Source: Candidatus Micrarchaeia archaeon
GTDB taxonomy: Archaea > Micrarchaeota > Micrarchaeia > CAILAH01
NCBI GenBank assembly: GCA_038874595.1
Contig: JAVZCB010000006.1
Location: 1 to 64,000 of the forward strand
Length of the DNA: 64,000 bases
Direction: 5' to 3'
Below are positions 37,572 to 47,827 of the stretch, one piece after another. The position numbers were made by a program, and so were the translations under genes. Each line of letters begins with the position of its first letter. Position 1 is the first letter of the stretch. The notes beneath the pieces were generated by a model that searched no databases, had not been told where the DNA came from, and worked only from the letters and a program-made list of their open reading frames with translations.

Positions 37572-37760
37572 ATGGTTAGCATTTGAGAATGAGTTGTTAT
37601 AAACCTTTTTATCTGCCATCTGAAAATAGAGCAACAAAACCATTAATTATATCACACGTCCTACAAAAGGAGGTAGATTTACAGCATAGGATAGGTATTC
37701 TACTCTAGGAGACGGCATCGTGCCCGTCTACATAACCACAGCACATATACATCTTATTAT

Positions 37761-38288
37761 TTATTGCGTAGGATTCCTACCCGCCCTATCTGTGATATGC
37801 CCAGCTACTCTATACCCCAAATCAAATGCTACTATATACAGAAGATATGACACATCCAGCACAGCAAACGCAAGCGCCGTGATTGGCGTTACGAGCCTGG
37901 CCTGGAGTATGGCCTTTCGGTTCCCAACGGCCTTATTGCTCAAATCGTGCAGCTTCTCATCAGCAAACGCGGCAATCACAAATGCAAACAGGATAGCAGG
38001 ATTAACTGTTGCGCCAAGCATACCAGCATACACTGCAAACGCGAGTATTACCATTACGCCGATGTAATGCTCAATTTTATCTATTTTCAGTGCAAGCGTG
38101 TTGCCTAAGACAACACCTCCAATAAGTGGTAGGAGCGTGTTATTCAGAAGACTGCTTATCCCTATCGCACATCCATATATCACACCCAGTGGTGCAGATA
38201 TGAGTATGCTTTTCCTTTTTCTCTCGGAATAGCTGTCAGCAACCTTTGTAAGAAACCCTGCTATGAGCGCAAACACAACATATATCAT
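37761..38288 (-). CDS. Hypothetical membrane protein
   Basis: Multiple TM helices; K.AD, KID..EH and FDLGY motifs. Confidence 0.75.
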   Translation of the reverse strand: MIYVVFALIAGFLTKVADSYSERKRKSILISAPLGVIYGCAIGISSLLNNTLLPLIGGVVLGNTLALKIDKIEHYIGVMVILAFAVYAGMLGATVNPAILFAFVIAAFADEKLHDLSNKAVGNRKAILQARLVTPITALAFAVLDVSYLLYIVAFDLGYRVAGHITDRAGRNPTQ

Positions 38289-38312
38289 ACAATCACTCAG
38301 CTTTGCCTGCCG

Positions 38313-39110
38313 CTAATACCCTTCAAGGTATATGATTGATTTCATTATGAACTTTGCCACGGTGATATCACAGAAGTGGAACCCATCCTGTGGCCTCAGC
38401 TCAACGAAATCCAAACCTATAACATTCTTTTCCCTGCATACTGCTTCAATAATCCTGGTCGCATCCACCCAGCCAATCCCACCTGGCTCAGGCGTTCCGG
38501 TTGCAGGCATCACCGATGGGTCAAGCACATCAACATCAAATGTTATGTAAACATCATCACCGAGGTCATGAAGTATCGCGTCTATATTCTTATAATTTGC
38601 AAGCACGTTATTGAATTTCCTGGCGTTCTCAAGCTCCTCTTCACACCCGCTCCTTGTACCTACATGCACCACCGAATGCGCCTTGCTTGCCTCATATAGC
38701 GCGCACGCGTGCGAATTCCTGTTCCCCACGTATTCCTCCCTCATATCAAGATGCGCATCCAAATGCAGGATTGAAACATCTTCTGGGAGTGCGGTCAATA
38801 TAGGTATTGAGATGCTATGGTCGCCGCCGATGCATATAGGTATCTTGCCAAGCTGCATTGCCTTTTCGGTTGTGGCGCGTATCCTTTCATACTCAATCGG
38901 CTCGATGGTTGCAAACCGCGCATCAGACACGTTCACACCAGTTTCGAAATCATAGTGCTCAAGCTCCTCAGAAGCCCTAAAAACCGCCTCGGGTGCACCC
39001 GCAGCACCACGCAGCCAGGAAACGTTTGAATCGTGTGGTACGGGCACAATGACATAATCTGCGGATTCGTATGATGCCGAATCTGTACCCATAAATTTCC
39101 TAAACACCAT
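38313..39110 (-). CDS. speB: Agmatinase (ureohydrolase family)
   Basis: GGDHS, DAHLD and DVDVLDP...GTPEPGG motifs; ATG 39110 preferred. Confidence 0.92.
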   Translation of the reverse strand: MVFRKFMGTDSASYESADYVIVPVPHDSNVSWLRGAAGAPEAVFRASEELEHYDFETGVNVSDARFATIEPIEYERIRATTEKAMQLGKIPICIGGDHSISIPILTALPEDVSILHLDAHLDMREEYVGNRNSHACALYEASKAHSVVHVGTRSGCEEELENARKFNNVLANYKNIDAILHDLGDDVYITFDVDVLDPSVMPATGTPEPGGIGWVDATRIIEAVCREKNVIGLDFVELRPQDGFHFCDITVAKFIMKSIIYLEGY

Positions 39111-39137
39111 ATATTTGTTTGCATCCCATTGTTTTAT

Positions 39138-39761
39138 ATGGGTTATGACATCCAATCACTCCGCGCCATACAGCAACGCCTTGCTGGCAGTGTTATTCTT
39201 GAAGACAGGTTCGGAGAAATACGGCTGATTGGTGGCATAGACATTGCATATAAAGGAGATAACGCAGCCTGTGCAATCGTTCTGTTTGACTATGAAGATA
39301 TGAAGATGGCTGATTCAGCATATGTATGTGGTAAAGTGAAGTTCCCGTATATCCCAGGGCTGCTAAGTTTTCGTGAAGGGCCCATAATGAAAAAAGCATA
39401 CGCACATCTTAACAAAAAGCCGGACCTGCTTCTAGTGAACGGCAATGGTATCCTGCACCCGCGTTTTATTGGGATAGCATCACACCTCGGTGTTGAGCTT
39501 GGCGCACCGACGATAGGTGTTACACAGCACCTGTTATGTGGGCAGGTCGGGGAGGACGGGAAGATATACATAGATGGCAGGCACGTGGGATACTCTTACA
39601 CAAGTAAGAAAGGTTGTGCACCTATCTACATTTCTCCGGGGCACATGGTTTCTTTACAGGCCTCACTTGAAATCGTAAAGAGATGCATTCTGGGGCATAA
39701 GCTCCCCGAGCCATTACATCTTGCTGATAAATTATCAAAAAAATACGCTAAATTGTGTTGA
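39138..39761 (+). CDS. nfi: Endonuclease V
   Basis: FPYIPGLLSFRE, NGNGILHPR, ISPGH and PEP...AD motifs. Confidence 0.93.
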   Translation: MGYDIQSLRAIQQRLAGSVILEDRFGEIRLIGGIDIAYKGDNAACAIVLFDYEDMKMADSAYVCGKVKFPYIPGLLSFREGPIMKKAYAHLNKKPDLLLVNGNGILHPRFIGIASHLGVELGAPTIGVTQHLLCGQVGEDGKIYIDGRHVGYSYTSKKGCAPIYISPGHMVSLQASLEIVKRCILGHKLPEPLHLADKLSKKYAKLC

Positions 39762-39805
39762 CCAGTTTACTAACTGTGTGTGCTTTTAAGAGCATTTTTA
39801 TGCAA

Positions 39806-40456
39806 TCACTTTATGTTATAATTCTGGAGCATTGCAAGTGACACAATGGCACATATGAATAACACTATCCCTGCAATACACCCCTTTTCAGCACCGCTTT
39901 TGGATATATCGTCAACAGATTCATTTTTTGGTAAGCTTGAATTTCCGTGGCTAATCGTGTTATCAGATATGGCTTTCTCATCACCAGCTTTATTTTGCTC
40001 TTGTGTGAGGTATGCATAGACCTTTACGCTCACTGTAAGATTCCCTATGTTATCCACATAATTTGTGTAAGTGGAGCCTTTCGGCTCATAAATCCCAAGC
40101 GCCAGCCTGCCCCTATTTGTTGCATATCCTTCCCAGTGGCTGCCGATTGGAAACACATCACCATCACCAAACTTGCCTTGCAGCATCCCAGGCTTGAACG
40201 TCGTGAACACGTTTGAAAGCCCGTCCGGCCCGGTCTCGAACTGCGGCCGCGGGTCATACCTCCATTTTCCGGAGGCATCCACTACTACATACTGCCCGGG
40301 CTCAACATATACAGTTTCTGAGAATTGCACATTTGCAGGTATCTGGAACGTCCCGCTTTTCACAAGTGTCAAGTTGGCCGGTGGCGCGGCAAGCACCAGC
40401 GATGATATGAGAACTAATACGAATAGTGCTTTTGTATAAGTGCTATGTGATCCCAT
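39806..40456 (-). CDS. Exported protein with a LecA/PA-IL-like domain and C-terminal anchor
   Basis: Signal peptide; ASGKW...GPDG...GMLQGKFG...FPIG...G.L.L...YVDNIG.L.V; Cys-containing TM tail. Confidence 0.65.
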   Translation of the reverse strand: MGSHSTYTKALFVLVLISSLVLAAPPANLTLVKSGTFQIPANVQFSETVYVEPGQYVVVDASGKWRYDPRPQFETGPDGLSNVFTTFKPGMLQGKFGDGDVFPIGSHWEGYATNRGRLALGIYEPKGSTYTNYVDNIGNLTVSVKVYAYLTQEQNKAGDEKAISDNTISHGNSSLPKNESVDDISKSGAEKGCIAGIVLFICAIVSLAMLQNYNIK

Positions 40457-40514
40457 GGTAAATAATTACCGAAAGTGTATTTAAGCTTAACAGCTATAAT
40501 CACTCGGTGATTTT

Positions 40515-41102
40515 ATGCCGGAATTAAAGACGATAGATAACCTTGCAAAGGCGTTTATTGGGGAAAGCATGGCCCGGAACAGGTATACGATGTATGCGAG
40601 CATTGCGCGAAAGGAGGGATACCTTCAGATAGCTGATATATTCTTGCTTACTGCTGAGAATGAGAAAGAGCACGCTGAATGGAACATGCATATGCTTAAT
40701 GATTTGGTTGCAAAGACGGGTGTACATAAGGAAATCAACGTTGATAGTGAAGTCCCACGCACCGCGATGACCACGTTGGAAAACCTGAAGGCTGCAATCG
40801 CAGGTGAAAATTACGAATTCACAAAGATGTACCCTGAGTTTGCAGATGTTGCTGAGAAGGAAGGGTTCCCTGAGATTGCAAGCAGGCTGCGTGCCATTGC
40901 AAAGGCTGAGAGCCATCACGAGGAGCGGTACAGGAAGCTCCTTGAGGTTGTTGAGAAGGGTGAGGTGTTCAAGAAGGGCACAAAAGTCCAGTGGGTGTGC
41001 TCAAAATGCGGCTATGTGCACGAGGGCAACACGCCGCCTGCACGGTGCCCATCCTGCGACCACGAGATGAACTACTTTACAGTGAAATGCGAGACGTATT
41101 AA
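40515..41102 (+). CDS. rbr: Rubrerythrin
   Basis: AF.GES.A..RY, ExxH pairs, C-terminal CxxC/CPxC rubredoxin domain. Confidence 0.95.
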   Translation: MPELKTIDNLAKAFIGESMARNRYTMYASIARKEGYLQIADIFLLTAENEKEHAEWNMHMLNDLVAKTGVHKEINVDSEVPRTAMTTLENLKAAIAGENYEFTKMYPEFADVAEKEGFPEIASRLRAIAKAESHHEERYRKLLEVVEKGEVFKKGTKVQWVCSKCGYVHEGNTPPARCPSCDHEMNYFTVKCETY

Positions 41103-41818
41103 CGAAGTGTAAAATAAATCCTCTTATTTTCTTTTCCCTTGTTTTCGAGTTTTAGCACTATTAGCTCCCCAATCTCTTGTGTGTTTTTTACGTGTGTCCC
41201 GCCATCCGCTTGTATGTCAACATCAGGGATTTCAACAATACGCAGGACGGCGAGCGATGGCGGCAACGCATTGGCAAGCTTGACAATTCCCTCAATCTTA
41301 AGTGCATCATCGCGTGGGAGCGAATACACTTTAACCTCAATGCTCTTTTTGAATATCTCATTTGCTTTCCTTACGTATTCCTCCATTTTTTCCCTGTCAA
41401 ACCCATCCATTGAGAAATCAAACCTGCTCTTGTCAACATCCAGCTGGTTACCGGTAATCTGCGCACCGCCTTCCTTGTAGAATATGCTTGCTAGTATATG
41501 CGCAGCAGTGTGCATTCTCATAAGCGCGTACCTTCTCTGCCAGTCTAACACACACCTTACCAAATCACCAGGTAAAAAGCCAGGGGCATTAACTTCGTGC
41601 ACAGCTTCCCCGTTCTCTTTTTTCACGGATACAACAACAAACTCCCTACCATCCTTTAACCGTATGATTTTTCCCTTATCGCTCGGCTGGCCGCCACCGC
41701 TCGGGTAGAATATAGTCTTATCAAGCACAATATGCCTGCCGTCACCAACTGATATTACAGAACTTTCGCACTCTTTCAGATAAGAATCATCCAGGTAGAG
41801 GAATTTCTGCCCGCCCAT
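41099..41818 (-). CDS. alaX: AlaX-M alanyl-tRNA editing protein
   Basis: [18 protein letters not shown] and DGGTHV motifs. Confidence 0.92.
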   Translation of the reverse strand: MGGQKFLYLDDSYLKECESSVISVGDGRHIVLDKTIFYPSGGGQPSDKGKIIRLKDGREFVVVSVKKENGEAVHEVNAPGFLPGDLVRCVLDWQRRYALMRMHTAAHILASIFYKEGGAQITGNQLDVDKSRFDFSMDGFDREKMEEYVRKANEIFKKSIEVKVYSLPRDDALKIEGIVKLANALPPSLAVLRIVEIPDVDIQADGGTHVKNTQEIGELIVLKLENKGKENKRIYFTLR

Positions 41819-41834
41819 ATCACCACAAGAAACT

Positions 41835-43112
41835 TTAGTTAATTTTAAGTGTTTTAATCCCAAACCACCAGGCGTGCGGGTCCATCTTGGCAAGCGCACG
41901 TGCCCATTTCTGTGCAGTAGCAGTTTTCAGCTTTGTCTGTATGCGCTTGACCCATTCGCGTGCGTGCACGTATCCCTTGAACTCATACTCGCGTGCAGTC
42001 ACAAGGTTTTCCAAAAGGTCTGCGTCCATACATATATCAGCAATCTCCTTCTTGCCGAAGCAATCAAGCGCTTCAAGAACTTTCTTTTTCTTCTTTTCAT
42101 CTAAGCGCTCGGCCATATCATTGGCAGCCACTCTCTCAGAATCCTTCTTGTTCTCCCAGTACTTTGATGTGATTTTATTTATGTCACCTATCCTACACTC
42201 GCCAAGCTCGTGCATCACAACTGCACTTGTGCATTTGTGAGGGTCTTTCCCCTCTTCAATAGCTAGCAGGTATGCAATCACTGATGCCCTAAACACGTGC
42301 TCTGCAACAGTCTCCGGAGAATCAACTTGGATGTGCGCCCACCCGGAACGCTGCGTATATTTCAGAACCCCGGTTTCATAAATGAATTTCATTTGCTCAA
42401 ACGGGCTCTTCTTCTCGCTGGTTTCTACTTTATCGATAACCTCAAGCAAATTATTACCATCAGCTATCCATAAGTCATTTTCTTTGGCATACCTTGCAAG
42501 ATCTGGTTTTGGATTTAGCGCGATTGGGTATGCAACACTTTCAAGCAGAGGTATATCGTGGATTGTATCGCCAAGTGCAAATGATTTTGAAGTGTCAATC
42601 CCATTCTTTGTTATGATATCCGCTACGGCGCCAGCCTTGCCACTTTCAGGCTCGTGCAGTGCAGTGAGTATTTTTCCAGTGTATACTTCATTTATCACTT
42701 CCAGCTCGGTTGCAATAAAATCGTAAATCCCGATGTGCTCAAGCACAAGTTTTGATGGTATAGCAGGTGATACAGTGATTGCAAATATCCTATACCCCTT
42801 ATCCCTGAAATGCTTTACGAGCTGGAACGAGTATTCAGGAATGGTTTTTGAGAACGCAGAAAAAAACCTCCTTGCATACCTTATAAGCTCGCTTTCATTC
42901 TTCCCTCTGATGGCCGCACCATACACAGCAACCCATTCGTGTGCAAAGTTTGGGTGGTCTATCAACCCGCTTTCGTATGCCTCAACTAGGTTTTCATGCT
43001 GGTTAAAAATTGATTCATCAATAATCTGGTTTGCGCCAAGGTATCTCATCCACGCAATACCTATCGAATCGCATAAAGTCCCGTCAACATCAGTTATTAG
43101 AGCCTTGCACAT
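41835..43112 (-). CDS. HAD-IB phosphatase fused to an HD-family (YfbR/HDDC2-like) 5'-deoxynucleotidase domain
   Basis: DVDGT and GDTIHD (HAD); R.GW....ETVAEH.FR, HE..E..IGDI and DAD.LE (HD). Confidence 0.85.
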   Translation of the reverse strand: MCKALITDVDGTLCDSIGIAWMRYLGANQIIDESIFNQHENLVEAYESGLIDHPNFAHEWVAVYGAAIRGKNESELIRYARRFFSAFSKTIPEYSFQLVKHFRDKGYRIFAITVSPAIPSKLVLEHIGIYDFIATELEVINEVYTGKILTALHEPESGKAGAVADIITKNGIDTSKSFALGDTIHDIPLLESVAYPIALNPKPDLARYAKENDLWIADGNNLLEVIDKVETSEKKSPFEQMKFIYETGVLKYTQRSGWAHIQVDSPETVAEHVFRASVIAYLLAIEEGKDPHKCTSAVVMHELGECRIGDINKITSKYWENKKDSERVAANDMAERLDEKKKKKVLEALDCFGKKEIADICMDADLLENLVTAREYEFKGYVHAREWVKRIQTKLKTATAQKWARALAKMDPHAWWFGIKTLKIN

Positions 43113-43155
43113 ATAACCACTAAAAAGAAAATTAGGTGTAAACTTTTAAAACTAG

Positions 43156-43668
43156 TCACTGCTTCCTGGCAATCTTACCAAATTTTGCATATGGCTTTTC
43201 AGTTGGGGACTCTAGCCGTTCAAAGTATACTTGAGATACCCGCTCACCCGCATACAGCTTAAGTGTGAATGGTGACAGGTTGGCAATCTCAAGTATCTGG
43301 TGGTTGTTTGAGCCCGGCTGTATAACTGCACTTGTCACGTGCACGGTCATTCCGAGCCGTGCAAACCTGCTCCTGCCCCCCAGTATCCCAATTATTGAGT
43401 TTGAAACACGTATCCTCTCCGCAGTTCTTGCAAGGCAGAACTCCTGTGGCCTGAGCACAACGGATTTTGCAATTACCTTTTTCATTAGTTTGTGCGGCTC
43501 CACCTTCTCAACAACATCAACTTCGCCGCGCACTTTCCGCGGGATATAAAACTCGTTTGAGAGCGCCAGGTCATATGACGCCTGGCTGATATATCTCTCA
43601 TCAAAAGGGGATATCTCAATATTCCCTTTTGCAATCTCCTTTAGTATATCATTACCTGACAAGTACAT
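43156..43668 (-). CDS. dcd: dCTP deaminase
   Basis: ASYDL.L, GRSRFARLG, LEI.N and Q..F motifs. Confidence 0.9.
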   Translation of the reverse strand: MYLSGNDILKEIAKGNIEISPFDERYISQASYDLALSNEFYIPRKVRGEVDVVEKVEPHKLMKKVIAKSVVLRPQEFCLARTAERIRVSNSIIGILGGRSRFARLGMTVHVTSAVIQPGSNNHQILEIANLSPFTLKLYAGERVSQVYFERLESPTEKPYAKFGKIARKQ

Positions 43669-43688
43669 GGTTGCACCCGCAGATATGC

Positions 43689-43976
43689 TTATGCTTTCTC
43701 AATCTTCCCGCTCTTGCCTGCTGATAATTGTTTTGTCCCTTTAAACTCTGAAACCCAGCCATTCGTAAATACTACCTTATCCCCTACCTTAAACTTGCCG
43801 GCATCGTCGTTCCAGAGCGATATCTTGATTTCACCGCTGTCATCCTTGATAGTTCCTGATGCAACCTTCATCTTTACGCCATACTTGTTCATTACCTCGC
43901 GCGGGCTCTCAAGGTCGATAATCTCACCCCTAATCTCACCCGTAACCGCTCCAACCTTTAATTCTGATATTTTCAT
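43689..43976 (-). CDS. Single-OB-fold ssDNA-binding protein (SSB/RPA)
   Basis: MKISELK, DDSGEI...LW and NGWV.EFKG motifs. Confidence 0.9.
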   Translation of the reverse strand: MKISELKVGAVTGEIRGEIIDLESPREVMNKYGVKMKVASGTIKDDSGEIKISLWNDDAGKFKVGDKVVFTNGWVSEFKGTKQLSAGKSGKIEKA

Positions 43977-44082
43977 TTACACACCTTTGGCCTTTTGTGG
44001 CTGGTGTGCAATTAGCAGGCAAAGATTAAAAACAATTTGATGGTTTGTTTCCAAAAAAATGGAAAAATAAGTGTATCTTGCG

Positions 44083-44601
44083 TTACTGTACCTGGCTCAC
44101 CTTAGCGGTGTAAGACCCTTTAACGTACTTGTCTGCACCGTCATTATACTTGAGCATCACTTCACCGCTTGATACTTCGCCAATCTGTTTTGTGCTGCTG
44201 AACAGCTTGTTGTTACCGCCGGGGCAAGTGAACTCCTTAGATTCGCCAGGTGCGAGTGTTTGTGCACTCGAGAAAGGCGCATTCGTATCTATCCCACTAC
44301 CTTCCTTGCACGCAATCGCCAAGCTTGAGAGGGATATCGCCTGCTGGTTTGTTATCTTGAGTTTCAGGACACCATCCTGTGTAAGCCCTGCAACCTCACA
44401 CTTAAATCCTATCGGGAGGTTGCACGTATCCTGCAGCCTGCTTTGTGGGTTGAGCACGTTCAGGTATATCAGCGCACCGAGCACAAGCACAATCACAAGC
44501 AGTGCCCAGCCGTATGTCATTAAGTATTCCATTGCCGCCTGCCCGCGTAGGCCACGTGCCTGAATAGAGCTTCTTTCATTCTTAATCATGTAATACACCA
44601 C
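44083..44601 (-). CDS. Type IV pilin-like protein (class III signal peptide)
   Basis: RG/QAAMEYLMTYGWALL. Confidence 0.9.
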   Translation of the reverse strand: MVYYMIKNERSSIQARGLRGQAAMEYLMTYGWALLVIVLVLGALIYLNVLNPQSRLQDTCNLPIGFKCEVAGLTQDGVLKLKITNQQAISLSSLAIACKEGSGIDTNAPFSSAQTLAPGESKEFTCPGGNNKLFSSTKQIGEVSSGEVMLKYNDGADKYVKGSYTAKVSQVQ

Positions 44602-44650
44602 TATTGAATGGGTAAAAAACCTTAAAAAGGTTGAACGGGCCTAAGCATTT

Positions 44651-45322
44651 ATGGGATTACTAAAAAGCAAAACCACTTATGATGCTCAAGATGCACAGGT
44701 ATCAAGACACCGCAGATTTATTGGTGTTGCCGTTGCTATTGGCATAACCGCCGGTTCATTTTTATCACAGGGCGTGCTTGCAGAGAATGCGTACACGTGC
44801 AAGCATAACCCTGCTAAGGATGAGATAGTATATACATACAATGGCAAGTCACGGGCCGCTGGCATCTCGCATTTCTCTGGCCAGTTTGGCAAGCTGGTTT
44901 CATATTACTGCTCTGAGGATAGCACGTTCCTGCTGTTTGAGAAAGGGCTGGTGCGTGCCGGTGGCGGTGCACGGGTTATTAAAACAGGTGAGCTTTCAAT
45001 GCCATTCCCAGGTGACCCGACAAAAGTTATTGAAGGAAGCGTGCTTGACATCTTTGAAGGCACCGCTGTGAAAGGCAGGATAGAATGGGGCACGGTAGCA
45101 GTGGTCATTCTTGATTCAAAATCCATACTCGTGATAAAAAGAATAAATGAGCGGAAAGCCTCACAGCTGCAGACCCCCGTATTTCCTGATATTGACCTTA
45201 AAAGCTGTGAAATCTCCGTGACTGGTGATCTCCAATCAACTAAGGTAGGTATAACTTCAAAAGGGTTTAGCAAGACACTCATCATTGAAGGCACAACTTC
45301 AGAAAATATGGTATGGAAATAA
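44651..45322 (+). CDS. Hypothetical exported protein
   Basis: Basic n-region (RHRRF) plus hydrophobic segment; beta-rich body. Confidence 0.7.
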   Translation: MGLLKSKTTYDAQDAQVSRHRRFIGVAVAIGITAGSFLSQGVLAENAYTCKHNPAKDEIVYTYNGKSRAAGISHFSGQFGKLVSYYCSEDSTFLLFEKGLVRAGGGARVIKTGELSMPFPGDPTKVIEGSVLDIFEGTAVKGRIEWGTVAVVILDSKSILVIKRINERKASQLQTPVFPDIDLKSCEISVTGDLQSTKVGITSKGFSKTLIIEGTTSENMVWK

Positions 45323-45348
45323 AAAACAAGGAATAAAATAAAGCAAAA

Positions 45349-46287
45349 CTATGCGCGCAAGCGCGCAAGCGCCAGGCCTCCAATCACAGCAATCAGGAGT
45401 GCACCAACAGGGCACGTGTTCCCGGCAGGTTTTGGTATATTCTCAACACCAGGCACTATACCTGTATTCTTACCATCATAGCCGCCTGCTGGACCAGTTG
45501 CCCCAGTGTCGTGGTTCTCCTGCTCTACATTCTCTTCTCTATTATTTTCTGTTTCTGCCTGTGTTTCCTGTGCCTGCTGTGGCTCACACTTAATTGCACC
45601 CATTTGTGCAACTGCATTGTCAGCCATATTCTTCACATCAATGAACTGGTTTTCTATATTCTGGAAGCTGCACTGCGCGACACGCAGCTTCAATGAGTTA
45701 AGCAGCCTTTCACACTCCATTACAGTTGCGGTGTATCCCTTGTCAGCACAGCACGGGCACGCCGCAAGTGCCGCTTTTGCATTACTCACGCTTTTCTCTG
45801 CATCGTACACCTTAGGCATCAGCTTCTTCTCAAACTGTGTCTCAGTGTGTATAATCTTTAGTGGCATATTGTAAACCAGCTGTTCCTGTGATTTCCTGCA
45901 CACTGCCCTGAACACCGCCCACTTATCGAGCTCTTCAGTGCCGCTGCCTTTCCCACCGAACAAGATATTGAACGTTAGCTTGCAATCATCATTGCCACTG
46001 ATGGAGCACGCGAACTTTTCATCAGTGTATGTCCCCGTTGAGAAGTCGTAGTAGGAATAATACACATCCATCTGGCCAGTGCACGTGCTTGGATAATTCA
46101 TTCTCATAGTTATAGGTGTCACTTGAATTTCAAGCGGCATATCGCAGTTTCCTATATCGAGAACCGTGTTATCACTTATCATCCTACCCCTTGCACCATC
46201 AATCCCCTTGATTGATACGGTGAACGTGGTCCCAGCTGCACCAAGCGTTATTAGGAGCAGCAGCATTGCACACACATATGTATCCAT
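45349..46287 (-). CDS. Hypothetical exported Cys-containing protein with C-terminal anchor
   Basis: Signal peptide, acidic linker, CPVG + TM + RLRA; start uncertain. Confidence 0.75.
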   Translation of the reverse strand: MDTYVCAMLLLLITLGAAGTTFTVSIKGIDGARGRMISDNTVLDIGNCDMPLEIQVTPITMRMNYPSTCTGQMDVYYSYYDFSTGTYTDEKFACSISGNDDCKLTFNILFGGKGSGTEELDKWAVFRAVCRKSQEQLVYNMPLKIIHTETQFEKKLMPKVYDAEKSVSNAKAALAACPCCADKGYTATVMECERLLNSLKLRVAQCSFQNIENQFIDVKNMADNAVAQMGAIKCEPQQAQETQAETENNREENVEQENHDTGATGPAGGYDGKNTGIVPGVENIPKPAGNTCPVGALLIAVIGGLALARLRA

Positions 46288-46331
46288 AACACCTTGTTTA
46301 ATATCCAATTTCAAGTCTCGACCTTAACCTT

Positions 46332-47570
46332 TTACTCTGGCAGGCCGTAAACTGCCTTATTGCCAAGCAGGTGCTCAATCTCAAGCAGCCTGTTATATTT
46401 GGCTAGCCGTTCACCTCTGCACGGTGCACCTGCCTTTATCATACCACAATCAAGCGCAACCGCCAGGTCTGCAATGAACGGGTCGCAGGTCTCACCAGAC
46501 CTGTGGCTTACAACAACACCGCACTTGTTATTTTTACAGAGTGTTGCAGCATCAATTGCCTCTGTAAGTGTCCCTACCTGGTTAACCTTGAGCAGCAGTG
46601 TATCTATTGCACCCTTGTTAATGGCAGTTTCTATACGGCTTACATTTGTAACCGTAAGGTCATCACCTATTACCCTGCATTTGCATTCCTTTTTGAGTGC
46701 CGCGAACGATTCAAAATCCTCCTCATCAAACGGGTCCTCAATGCTAAATATAGGATACTCACTGAGCAATGAGAGGTAATACTCAAGCAGCTTTGGTTTT
46801 GTTAATGATTTTCCATCAATCTTATACTTGCCCTTTGCAAAAAATGACGATGCTGCACAGTCAAGAGATACCTTGACCTCACGTGCATACCCGCTTTTTT
46901 CAATCGCTTTCACTATTAGGTCCAGTGCCTCGCGTGTTTTCCTGATACGCGGTGCAAACCCTCCTTCATCACCTACAGAAGTTGCAGGTTTTCCATATTT
47001 GGCTTCAATGATTTCTTTGAGTGTATGGTATATCTCAGTGCCCATTCGCATAGCCTCAGAGAAGCTTTTTGCACCCACAGGCACGACCATGAATTCCTGG
47101 ATTGCAAGCCCGCTACCGGCATGCTTGCCCCCGTTAATGATATTCATCATAGGGATTGGTAGCCTTGATGCTCCCGGGCATATGCTATCAAACAGCTCTT
47201 TCCCTGTGCATACCGCAGCAGCTCTCGCAACTGCAAGTGATACTGCAGTTGTGGTGTTTGCACCCAGTTTTGACTTGTTTGGTGTCCCATCAAGAGCAAT
47301 AAGTGTTTGGTCGATTTTCTTCTGGTCAGTGCATTCAATCCCACGGATGGCATCACTCACCGCTCGCACATTCTCGATCGCCTTGCTCACACCTTTCCCG
47401 TGGTATGCTGTACCGCCATCGCGCAGCTCGATTGCCTCGTGCTTGCCGGTTGATGCACCGCTTGGCGCATCGGCCCACCCGCTTCCTTCTGGTGTGAGCA
47501 CTGTGACGCGCAGTGTAGGGTTACCTCTTGAATCAAAAATCATTCTTGCAGATGCCTCTTTTATTTGCAC
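46332..47570 (-). CDS. eno: Enolase
   Basis: DSRGNPT, PSGASTG, GDEGG, LLKVNQ.G and SHRSGET motifs. Confidence 0.97.
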   Translation of the reverse strand: MQIKEASARMIFDSRGNPTLRVTVLTPEGSGWADAPSGASTGKHEAIELRDGGTAYHGKGVSKAIENVRAVSDAIRGIECTDQKKIDQTLIALDGTPNKSKLGANTTTAVSLAVARAAAVCTGKELFDSICPGASRLPIPMMNIINGGKHAGSGLAIQEFMVVPVGAKSFSEAMRMGTEIYHTLKEIIEAKYGKPATSVGDEGGFAPRIRKTREALDLIVKAIEKSGYAREVKVSLDCAASSFFAKGKYKIDGKSLTKPKLLEYYLSLLSEYPIFSIEDPFDEEDFESFAALKKECKCRVIGDDLTVTNVSRIETAINKGAIDTLLLKVNQVGTLTEAIDAATLCKNNKCGVVVSHRSGETCDPFIADLAVALDCGMIKAGAPCRGERLAKYNRLLEIEHLLGNKAVYGLPE

Positions 47571-47631
47571 ATCAACACCGGTTAAAATAGCCTCACAATT
47601 CTTTTAATGCTTAGCATCCCTATTAAGCGGG

Positions 47632-47826
47632 ATGAAGGTTATAATTGATGGGAAGCCGTTCAGGAAAAGCGTGCGCTCCGTTAAGACGGTTGCAGAGCTG
47701 CTTGAGGAAGTGGGAGTTTCACGTGAGAATGCGGTTATCATAATAGATGGTAAGATTGTTACTGAATTTGATTCGGTCGGCCAGGCATCTCGCGTCGAGA
47801 TAATAAGGGTATCATCAGGTGGGTAA
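47632..47826 (+). CDS. ThiS/MoaD/SAMP ubiquitin-like sulfur carrier
   Basis: 64 aa ending VSSGG, next to NcsA. Confidence 0.9.
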   Translation: MKVIIDGKPFRKSVRSVKTVAELLEEVGVSRENAVIIIDGKIVTEFDSVGQASRVEIIRVSSGG

Positions 47827-47827
47827 T

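Noticed and set aside
41099-41818. AlaX lacking the editing-site Cys (DGGTH)
   Set aside because: The QADGG variant occurs in other archaeal AlaX-M proteins, so it is not unusual
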